From Vicinamibacterales bacterium (GTDB taxonomy: Bacteria > Acidobacteriota > Vicinamibacteria > Vicinamibacterales > CAVVIG01): a stretch of 64,000 nt of DNA. Below the pieces are notes generated by a model. The model did no database searches, was not told where the DNA came from, and saw only the letters and a program-made list of their open reading frames with translations. Below, one piece after another: positions 56,983-64,000 of the stretch. The stretch is taken from the NCBI GenBank assembly GCA_035510155.1, contig DATKHR010000088.1, positions 7,846 to 71,845 on the forward strand. Reading direction: 5' to 3'. The position numbers and the translations under genes were made by a program. The number at the start of each line of letters is the position of its first letter. The stretch's first letter is position 1.

Positions 56983-58209
56983 ATGAGACGGGCCTTCGCA
57001 CTCGCGTGTTTCGCTATCGTAGGCGGAGCGGGCATGCTCTTGGGTGCTTCCGCCCACGACCAGGACGCATCCCCGCTCGGCGGAGTGTGGACGCTCAACC
57101 GCGCGCTCAGCGAGGTGCCGCGCGAAATCGGATTCAACGTTGACTGGGTGCCCGCGCCAGGCGATGCGGGGCAGAGCTCGGGATCGAGCGCTGGCGGGCG
57201 CGGCCGGCGGGGCGGTGGCGGAGGCGGCGGCAACCGGGCCCCGGCCGCACCATTTTCCGGACGCCGCGAGAGCTATGAGGACGCTCGTCGGTTGCAGCTG
57301 GTCACCGCCGAGGCGCGCAACCCTCCCGCGCGCCTCATGATCGTCGATACACCGGCAGCCGTCACGATCACGAACGAGCTCGGCCAATCACGAGTGCTGC
57401 ATCCGGACGGCCGGCCGGGAGATAAGGCTGCGGGGAAGCTCGACGGCAACGACGAATCCATCGAGATCCAAGGCGTGCCGGTCCGCGTGACGAGCAAACG
57501 CGAAGGGGACCGGCTCGTCGTTCTCTATCACGTCGAACAAGACCGTGACGTTCGGTACACCTATTCGCGCACGGCCAGCCCGTCGCAGCTCATAGCCGAG
57601 ATCCAGTTCCTCGAACACGGTGCCGGGGACAAGGCGAAATGCGTTTACGAGCCCGGAGTCGCCACCGAGACGTCCTCCGCACCCGACAAGCCGAACGCCG
57701 CTGGACCCTCTCGGCTGCCCGGAGCCTCCGCACCCCCTGGTCCGCCCGGGACACCAGCGACACCCGGCACGCCTGGAGGATTCGACGCGCGGCCTGGCGC
57801 CGAGCTGCGCGGACTCAAGGGCCTCGGGATTCTTGTCGAGGATTTGAGCGCGCAAGCGGTCGCGTGCGGGCTGAATCACGATGCGATCGAGAGCGCGTTG
57901 ACAAGACGGCTCACCGAGAGCGGCTTTGCCGTCCGCAAGAACTCGGACGAAGACACCTACCTGTATGTCAATGTGATGACGACGAGCGTGTCGAATGGCA
58001 CGTGCGTGTCCCGGTACGACGTCTTTCTCTACACACACGCGACAGCCAACCTGTCGTACCGCGATCAACCCGTCCTGGTGCAGGTGTCGCTGATGCACCG
58101 AGGCGGCATCGGTAGCAGCGCGCCGGTGGGGCACGCGGCGGCAGTCACGCGAGGGCTCGAGAACTACGTCGATCTCTTCGTGACGCAGATCCGCGACGCC
58201 AACAAATGA
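56983..58209 (+). CDS. Secreted hypothetical protein with Gly-rich and Pro-rich low-complexity segments
   Basis: Start at MRRAFALACFAIVGGAGMLLGASA (signal peptide). GRGRRGGGGGGGN and PGPPGTPATPGTPGG tracts are followed by a structured C-terminal domain. I do not recognise a family. Confidence 0.5.
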   Translation: MRRAFALACFAIVGGAGMLLGASAHDQDASPLGGVWTLNRALSEVPREIGFNVDWVPAPGDAGQSSGSSAGGRGRRGGGGGGGNRAPAAPFSGRRESYEDARRLQLVTAEARNPPARLMIVDTPAAVTITNELGQSRVLHPDGRPGDKAAGKLDGNDESIEIQGVPVRVTSKREGDRLVVLYHVEQDRDVRYTYSRTASPSQLIAEIQFLEHGAGDKAKCVYEPGVATETSSAPDKPNAAGPSRLPGASAPPGPPGTPATPGTPGGFDARPGAELRGLKGLGILVEDLSAQAVACGLNHDAIESALTRRLTESGFAVRKNSDEDTYLYVNVMTTSVSNGTCVSRYDVFLYTHATANLSYRDQPVLVQVSLMHRGGIGSSAPVGHAAAVTRGLENYVDLFVTQIRDANK

Positions 58210-58213
58210 ACCG

Positions 58214-58233
58214 TCCAATCCGCAATCCGCAAT
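58214..58233 (+). repeat. AATCCGC heptamer repeat copy just after the stop of 56983-58209
   Basis: ccaatccgcaatccgcaatg has the same heptamer as the actB internal block (26161-26199). Confidence 0.5.
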
Positions 58234-58272
58234 GACGGGCCCCCAGGCCGGGGTCCCCCGCTCTCGACCTGC

Positions 58273-59409
58273 TTAGACCGCCGTCGCCGAACCCGGTGTC
58301 GCAAGGGACGGCGCGCGGTTGATCACGGTCGCCGGCCTGCAGTCCGGTTCAAGCGTCTTATAGCCGTCCGAACGTGTCAGCTCGAATAACAGTCCGAACG
58401 GCTTCCAGCTCAGTAATCGCGTCACGGCTACCGCGGCCGTCAGCCAGCGCGGCGGGCCATCCCAGAGGGAATCGACCGCGTGCTCTCTTCCGTCCATTTC
58501 GATGAAGACGCGCTCGGTCCATCTGCGTCGCCCGACGCGCGGGTCGGATCTGAGGATGTCGTCCGCGGTCTGGAGCACGCGTCTGACGAACGGCTCGGAG
58601 AATTCAGGGAAGACAAGGCAGTGCGCGGCGCGCCCGTCGCGCAGCTCACGCGCGAACTCGGCCAGGCATGTGGCGCGCGTGAGGTTGACGATGGCGTTCG
58701 GCGCGTACCCGTGACGATCGCCGCCGCCAACAACAGGAAGTCCAAACCCTTCGGCCAACGGCAGGACAAGTCGATTCTCCGCCCACGTGCGGTAGCCGTT
58801 CAGCTCGAGGGCGTGGATGCGATCCCGATGGCTCCGAAGAAACGCGAGGAGCGTGGAATCGTGCTGCAATTGGCCGATGCGACCGAGATCCCAGTAAGGA
58901 TGATTGAGGACGACAAAGGTCTCAGGGCATTCACCGAGCGCGTCCAGGAGCTCTCCGAGCCTGTTTGTCGCTCCGGCGGTGTAGGCCGCGAGCTCGTGCT
59001 CCATCTCGTCGAGCCGCTTGGGTGAAATGCCATGCACGCCGAGATGGAAAGCGGTTCCGTCGAAAGGCACTGACCACTCGAATGACAGAGGGACGTCGCT
59101 CCTCCCCATCGCCCTGAGCGTTTTGGGCCCGTCGAGCGTGTCGTGGTCGGTGAGCGAAACCAGCGCCTTCGAGTCGAGACGCCGCTCGATCTGCTCGCGC
59201 TCGGACCGAATCACCGCCTCCGGTGTGACAGGGGGACGCCAGTACACGGCCGAGAGATCGAGCGGCTCACCGTTCTCGCGCTCGTACTCCGCGAGGCTTC
59301 GCTGCAAGAACGCCGCGACGATCGGAATGCGGCGCGCGAACTCCGGCAGCGCGTCGAGCTTCTCCCGTGAGCAGTCCGAGTGACTGTGCAACGAGACGGC
59401 CGCTCGCAT
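58273..59409 (-). CDS. PHP-domain-like metal-dependent phosphoesterase (hypothetical)
   Basis: Start taken at MRAAVSLHSHSDCS. His/Asp motifs are spaced as in PHP domains (HSHS, TDHD, GVHG, NHPYWD, GGGDRH). The C-terminal ~100 aa have no recognisable family. Confidence 0.45.
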   Translation of the reverse strand: MRAAVSLHSHSDCSREKLDALPEFARRIPIVAAFLQRSLAEYERENGEPLDLSAVYWRPPVTPEAVIRSEREQIERRLDSKALVSLTDHDTLDGPKTLRAMGRSDVPLSFEWSVPFDGTAFHLGVHGISPKRLDEMEHELAAYTAGATNRLGELLDALGECPETFVVLNHPYWDLGRIGQLQHDSTLLAFLRSHRDRIHALELNGYRTWAENRLVLPLAEGFGLPVVGGGDRHGYAPNAIVNLTRATCLAEFARELRDGRAAHCLVFPEFSEPFVRRVLQTADDILRSDPRVGRRRWTERVFIEMDGREHAVDSLWDGPPRWLTAAVAVTRLLSWKPFGLLFELTRSDGYKTLEPDCRPATVINRAPSLATPGSATAV

Positions 59410-59862
59410 GCCGGCGGGGCACGTAAAGCGGCCCCTGCGCGAACAGACCTGAATCGCCGTACGCGAAAGTCGCATAATCTAAGCTGGAACTCTCGTGGCC
59501 AGGCTGGGGTGCTGGCCGCGCGACGCTCATTCCGGCGCCTGTTATGGGGGAGGCGGGAGGGACCAACCGTCGGGCGCGTGCCTGACCGTCCTGTCCCAAT
59601 TCCCTGACACTGTAGAGCCTGGACGTGAAATCCGTGTGAGCGCCGCGCGTCGATCCTGCAAGAAGTTTGCGACGCTTCTATCTCATCTTTTGCAAGGCCA
59701 CGCGATCGCAGATCGGCAACGTCAACCGGCTCCCATTCGATAGACGCTCTCCGCGTGAGCTCGAGTCTGCGATGAACGCCGCGGAGACGACCCCGTTTGA
59801 TCCAGCGTCACAATCGGGCCCGCCTGCGGCGAATTTCGGGCAGCGCATGTCTCACGTCCCAC

Positions 59863-60780
59863 TTATTTCCGCTGGTCTTGCTTCAGGAACGTGCCTCGCT
59901 CGAGCTCGTCGAACGCCTCCCTGAGCTGTGCCTGAGTGTTCATCACGATCGGGCCGTACCACGCGACCGGCTCCTGAAGCGGCTGTCCCGACACCAACAG
60001 GAACCGGATCCCGTTCTCGCCGCCTTGAACGACCACTTCGTCCCCCCGATCGAACAAGACGAGCGAGCGATTCTCGACCTCCGCTGGAGGCGTCGCGTGC
60101 GGCCACCACCCGACGCCTTCGGTCGGCACCGCGAGGGGCTCGGAGGCGTTGCAGAACGTCCCGGATCCGCCGAACACATACGCAAACGCGTGTCGCGCCG
60201 TCTCGACCGGCAAGGTCTTTCGCTTGCCCGGCGGGACCGAAACGTCGATGTAGGTCGGGTCGGCCGCAATACCCTCCACAGGCCCCGTCTTTCCCCAGAA
60301 GTGACCGCACACGAGCCGAACATGCGTCCCATCGTCGTCGGTGACCTCAGGGATGTCGGCCGCTTTGACTTCCTGATACCGGGGTTTCGTCATCTTGAGC
60401 GCGCTCGGCAGATTCGCCCACAACTGAAACCCGTGCATCCGGCCGGCAGGGTCGCCCTTGGGCATCTCCTGGTGAATGATGCCGCTGCCCGCCGTCATCC
60501 ATTGGATATCGCCCGCGGCGATCGCGCCGCGATTCCCCAGACTGTCTCCGTGCTCCACTGTTCCGGCGAGCACGTACGTGATCGTCTCGATCCCACGGTG
60601 CGGATGCCACGGGAAACCCGCCAGATAATCTTCCGGCACATCGTTCCGAAAATCGTCCAGCAGCAGGAACGGGTCGTAGTCAGATGTCTGGCCGAAGCCA
60701 AACGCACGCCGCAAGTGGACGCCTGCCCCTTCCAATGTCGGGCGCGACGTGATCAGCTTTTTGATGGGTCTGATAGACAT
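59863..60780 (-). CDS. Pirin family (bicupin) protein
   Basis: Start at MSIRPIKK (ATG 60780-60778). Pirin N-domain motif FPWHPHRGIETITYVLAGTVEHGDSLGNRG...QWMTAGSGIIHQEMP. C-terminal cupin domain. Confidence 0.9.
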   Translation of the reverse strand: MSIRPIKKLITSRPTLEGAGVHLRRAFGFGQTSDYDPFLLLDDFRNDVPEDYLAGFPWHPHRGIETITYVLAGTVEHGDSLGNRGAIAAGDIQWMTAGSGIIHQEMPKGDPAGRMHGFQLWANLPSALKMTKPRYQEVKAADIPEVTDDDGTHVRLVCGHFWGKTGPVEGIAADPTYIDVSVPPGKRKTLPVETARHAFAYVFGGSGTFCNASEPLAVPTEGVGWWPHATPPAEVENRSLVLFDRGDEVVVQGGENGIRFLLVSGQPLQEPVAWYGPIVMNTQAQLREAFDELERGTFLKQDQRK

Positions 60781-60892
60781 GGTCGGCTCCAATCGATCTG
60801 ATCCTATCCTTAGGCGAGGCCGCCCCACCCCGCGGTTTCCTGGCCTGAGCTGGAAAAGCTCACTGGCAGCGAGAAACTCCCGCAGCGACGAT

Positions 60893-61135
60893 GCGATCTT
60901 CGTCGACGATGAGTACCTCATCCGAAACATTCCAGCCAGGATCTTCTGGAAGGTCCTGGGCGAATCGCAGCGTACCGGACGCACGGAGTTTTCGAACCGC
61001 GAGATGAGGCTCGACGCCGGCCTGGGACTCCCGCCCGTGAAAGACAACTTCGAGAGCCGCCTGATTCTGCTGCGGCACCGCCTTCAGGAGAAGTGCCCTG
61101 ATCTGCAGATCGTGTCCACCGGCCGCGGTCGGTTT
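60893..61135 (+). pseudogene. Relic C-terminal winged-helix segment of a GAF-type regulator family, lacking its N-terminal sensor domain and lying in frame with the downstream GntR gene
   Basis: AIFVDDEYLIRNIPARIFWKVLGESQRTGRTEFSNREMRLDAGLGLPPVKDNFESRLILLRHRLQEKCPDLQIVSTGRGRF has strong GC3 coding bias. From memory it resembles the C-terminal wHTH module (YLI.G.AG.I.W.LL....GR..F.N.ELR.D..LGLP..KDNLE.RLILL.RRL......I....RGRF). I see no plausible N-terminal domain or own stop. Confidence 0.35.
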
Positions 61136-61378
61136 GCGGACGTGCCGACCTTCCCGGCGGTCTGCGCCGCGCTGCGAGACGTCACGCGGAACCCGGAATG
61201 GGCGTTCGTCCTCGAGGGCCCGACGTGGCAGGGCCGGCGGATTGCCACATGGGAAGAGCTGTTGCGTGACGCAGGGAAACCCGGTTATCGAAGGAAGGGC
61301 ATTGGAATGCCGCTTTGGCGGCACACTTTAGTGAGCCACTCGATCCAGACGCGAGTAGAATTGTGCGACTTGCGGGGA

Positions 61379-62158
61379 ATGACCAAACCGTCTCTCTCGG
61401 CGCCCGGCGGTCATCCAACCGCGACCCGCGGCGCCGATGTCGCGTCGCAGACGGGACGTGCGCTCGTCTGTGTCCGCGAGATGCTGCTCCGAGGAGAAAT
61501 CGCGCGCGGAGAACGCATCTCGGAGCTTCCACTCGTCGCACGCCTCGGCATGTCGCGCACGCCGATTCGTCTCGCGCTCGAGCGGCTGGCGCACATGGGG
61601 CTGCTCGAAGCGACCGGAACCGTCGGCTTCACCGTGCGCGAGTTCACGCTGGCCGAGGTGCGCGACGCCATCGAAGTGCGCGGCGTCCTGGAGGGGACCG
61701 CGGCTCGGCTGGCGGCCGAACGCCTCGTCGAGGCGGGCGAGCTCGATCCCCTCCGCCACTACTGCGAGCTGATGGAGGGGCTGAATCGGCTGACGGTTGA
61801 CTCTTTCGCCGACTACATGGACGCCAACGAAGGGTTTCATGGAGCGGTGCTCGACCTGGCTAAGAGCGCCATGCTCCGGCGCATGCTCGAACAGACCAAC
61901 TCCCTGCCTTTCGCCTCTCCAAGCGCCATGGTGTTCCCGACCTCCGTCTTGCCCAAGGCGGATGACACACTGACCGTCGCGCAGGAGCACCACCGCGCGA
62001 TTCTCGAAGCGATCGGAGAACGTCAGGGCGCCCGCGCCGAATCTCTCGCCCGCGAACATGCGCTGCTCGCCCGCCGGGTCCTCGACGTCGCGCTGTCAGA
62101 TCAGAATGCGCTCAGCCGCGTTCCCGGAGGTCCGCTCATCAATGTCTCGGCCCGCTAG
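61379..62158 (+). CDS. GntR family transcriptional regulator (FadR/FCD subfamily)
   Basis: Start taken at MTKPSL (ATG 61379). wHTH GERISELPLVARLGMSRTPIRLALERLAHMGLLE. C-terminal FCD domain (EVRGVLEGTAARLAAER ... FHGAVLDLAKS ... EHHRAILEAI). Confidence 0.8.
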   Translation: MTKPSLSAPGGHPTATRGADVASQTGRALVCVREMLLRGEIARGERISELPLVARLGMSRTPIRLALERLAHMGLLEATGTVGFTVREFTLAEVRDAIEVRGVLEGTAARLAAERLVEAGELDPLRHYCELMEGLNRLTVDSFADYMDANEGFHGAVLDLAKSAMLRRMLEQTNSLPFASPSAMVFPTSVLPKADDTLTVAQEHHRAILEAIGERQGARAESLAREHALLARRVLDVALSDQNALSRVPGGPLINVSAR

Positions 62159-62256
62159 GGAGCGGGGCTATCGAGGCCTAAACTCGCCGGATCCAGTTTT
62201 TTGTATGCAACGACCGTCGGTTGGCGGTTTTAGGCCCTGATTTCTCCAGTAACTCA

Positions 62257-62286
62257 TTGACATTTCACAGATCGCCTGCCTATCCT
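62257..62286 (+). promoter_or_regulatory. Candidate sigma70-type promoter for the TonB-dependent receptor gene
   Basis: TTGACA (62257-62262), an 18-nt spacer, then TATCCT (62281-62286), about 105 nt upstream of the ATG at 62391. Confidence 0.25.
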
Positions 62287-62390
62287 TGGCCGCCCTGCAT
62301 GCAGTCGTTGGACTCCTGTCTGCGGGCCCCACTCGACACACGTTCGTAACTTCTCGTTCTTTTGCGGTCCGTGTTCGAAGGAGATTGGTT

Positions 62391-64000
62391 ATGCGCACCT
62401 CGGCGAAGTGCCTGGCAATCCTCGTAGTCCTCCTCCTGCCCGGAACTGTCTTTGCCCAAGCCGCCCTCACCGGCACGGTCCATGACGCGTCGGGGGCGGT
62501 GTTACCCGGCGTCAACGTCGAAGCGGCCAGTCCGGCGCTCATCGAGAAAACACGGTCGGCAGTGACGGACGGAGCCGGGCAGTACCGGATCATCGATCTG
62601 GTACCCGGCACCTATTCCTTGACCTTCACGCTCAGCGGCTTCGCCACCGTCAAGCGCGAGAACATTGTGCTGTCCGGCACGCAGACGGTCACGATTCCAA
62701 TCGAAATGCGCGTAGGAAGCATCGAGGAATCGATTACGGTCGCCGGCGAGACGCCGCTGGTCGATGTGCAGAACGCCAAGCGCGAGATCGTGATGAACAA
62801 CGACGTCATTCAGGCGCTCCCGGTGGCGCGCGCCGTCGGGGCGCTGCTGAACGCCACGCCGGGGTTGACGGTCGATACGAACGGTCCCGCGTTGTCGCCA
62901 ACGATGACGTTCTTCAATGCCCACTCGAGCACGGCGAACTCGGCCGGCGTAGCCGGCGAAGGGCGCATGACCGTCAACGGCATGACCATCGCGGCCGCGC
63001 GGAGCGGCGGTGTGTCGTCATACGTGTACGACACACCCAACTCTGAAGAAGTGGCCATCACCGTTGGTGCCGGACTTGGCGAGAGCGACATCGGCGGCCC
63101 GGTGATGAACCTCGTGCCGAAATCGGGCGGCAACAACTTCGCGGGCATGGGGTTCGTCAACTCGGCGGGCAACTGGTCGCGCGGCAACAACCTCACGGAC
63201 CAGCTCCGCGCGATCGGCCTCACACAGACGCCCGGCATCATCCAGGCGCATGACTTCAGCGGGTCATTCGGCGGCCCGATCAAGAAGGATCGCTTGTGGT
63301 TCTACGGCAGCTACCGCAATCTCGACACGCAGACAGCGGTGGAAGGGATCAACGCCAACGCCAACGCCGGCGACCCTGCGCGGTGGGACTATGTCGGCTC
63401 ACCGATCAACGCCCGGCTCGTGCAGGACCGCCAGATGATCATCGGCCGTCTGACGGGACAAGCGGGAAAAAGCCGCCTCACGTTCAATTCCGAGTATCAG
63501 CATCGCTGCGAGGGCACGCCGCTCAAGGTCGACACGCAAGGCTGCCACAACCGCGGCGCGGACTGGATCGGCCTTGGCAACAACACTCCGCCGACGTACC
63601 AGTCGCCGGAAGCGACCCAGTCTGCGGCACGCGGTTACTTCGACGCGCCGTACTATCTGAACCAGGCTTCGTGGGCGATGCCGGCGACGAGCAAGCTGCT
63701 CCTCGAGGCCGGCTATGCCGCGTTCCGCTACAATCCCATCTTCGGTTTTCCGCCGCCGGACGGTATCACGACGCTGATCCCCGTCACCGAGCAGTCGAAC
63801 GCCGTCAATCCGGCGACGGGCCAACGCTATGTGCCGCAGCCCAACTTTACCTATCGCGGTGTCGAGCAGTGGGGGTGGGCCGTCGGCAAGACTGACGGCT
63901 GGCAGGCAACCGCGTCGTACGTCACCGGCGCGCACAACATGAAGATCGGATATCAGGGCAACCGTCTGGACCAGCTCGATCAGACCCTGACCGACTCAAC
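62391..64000 (+). CDS. TonB-dependent receptor with N-terminal carboxypeptidase-regulatory-like domain (3' end outside the window)
   Basis: GAAGGAG lies 8 nt upstream of the ATG. Signal peptide MRTSAKCLAILVVLLLPGTVFAQ. CarboxypepD_reg domain LTGTVHDASGAVLPGVNVEAASPALIEKTRSAVTDGAGQYRIIDLVPGTYSLTFTLSGF. Plug/barrel-like sequence runs open to nt 64000. It is absent from the ORF track because no stop is reached. Confidence 0.8.
   Translation, partial: MRTSAKCLAILVVLLLPGTVFAQAALTGTVHDASGAVLPGVNVEAASPALIEKTRSAVTDGAGQYRIIDLVPGTYSLTFTLSGFATVKRENIVLSGTQTVTIPIEMRVGSIEESITVAGETPLVDVQNAKREIVMNNDVIQALPVARAVGALLNATPGLTVDTNGPALSPTMTFFNAHSSTANSAGVAGEGRMTVNGMTIAAARSGGVSSYVYDTPNSEEVAITVGAGLGESDIGGPVMNLVPKSGGNNFAGMGFVNSAGNWSRGNNLTDQLRAIGLTQTPGIIQAHDFSGSFGGPIKKDRLWFYGSYRNLDTQTAVEGINANANAGDPARWDYVGSPINARLVQDRQMIIGRLTGQAGKSRLTFNSEYQHRCEGTPLKVDTQGCHNRGADWIGLGNNTPPTYQSPEATQSAARGYFDAPYYLNQASWAMPATSKLLLEAGYAAFRYNPIFGFPPPDGITTLIPVTEQSNAVNPATGQRYVPQPNFTYRGVEQWGWAVGKTDGWQATASYVTGAHNMKIGYQGNRLDQLDQTLTDS

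Noticed and set aside
58236-58272. Bidirectional terminator between the convergent genes at 58209 and 58273 (gggcccc-caggcc-ggggtccc).
   Set aside because: The stem is interrupted by a mismatch and there is no T/A tract on either side.
60749-62158. Annotating the whole 469-aa ORF as one functional protein.
   Set aside because: Its first 30 nt would overlap the divergent pirin start. The segment between the wHTH-like piece and the GntR domain (about 61136-61378) loses coding-like codon bias (tta, gta, ttg codons). It is kept as a finding rather than a feature.

Overview
High-GC, densely coding bacterial chromosomal segment with about 55 genes. I saw no rRNA, tRNA, CRISPR array, transposase or integrase. 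The gene content suggests Acidobacteriota (inference only): a PadR regulator next to duplicated FtsX/MacB-type 'ADOP' permeases, a CarboxypepD_reg-type TonB-dependent receptor, a giant sortilin/BNR secreted protein, and an Alternative Complex III fused to a caa3 oxidase cluster. The centrepiece is a 12.5-kb co-directional respiratory block (23675-36156): actABCDEF, a small TM protein, SCO1/SenC, then cytochrome c oxidase subunits II, I, III and IV. The left third is a long minus-strand run from 12980 to 3067: sortilin-like protein, 2-hydroxyacid dehydrogenase, GNAT, FHA-GAF-PP2C phosphatase, ArgH-family lyase and a Na+/solute symporter. It is followed by an FAD oxidase, an M61 peptidase, an agmatinase and an APC permease. 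The right half carries a hybrid histidine kinase, a GT4 glycosyltransferase, an M29 aminopeptidase, a 943-aa patatin-like phospholipase with an inserted polytopic membrane domain, and an ExeA-like AAA+/SPOR protein. It continues with a GT-C-like membrane protein, DksA/TraR-YciI-ECF sigma, a RES/Xre toxin-antitoxin pair, PadR plus two ADOP permeases, a VOC protein, a PHP-like hydrolase, pirin, a GntR regulator and a partial TonB-dependent receptor. The most interesting observations are these. (1) An in-frame TGA sits exactly at the first Cys of the second CxxC motif of a two-domain thioredoxin-fold (PDO/AhpF-N-like) protein, with a hairpin at the UGA, making it a candidate selenoprotein. (2) A strictly 14-nt periodic TGATGGC array creates a relay of stop/start-overlapped mini-ORFs leading into the symporter. 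(3) A short AATCC(C)GC / GCGGGAT repeat family forms a 30-bp-arm inverted repeat at the actA/actB junction, is inserted in frame inside actB, and recurs at several gene boundaries. (4) The patatin architecture is unusual. (5) A relic winged-helix regulator fragment lies in frame with the GntR gene. Many long antisense ORFs in the six-frame track are GC-driven artefacts and were rejected.
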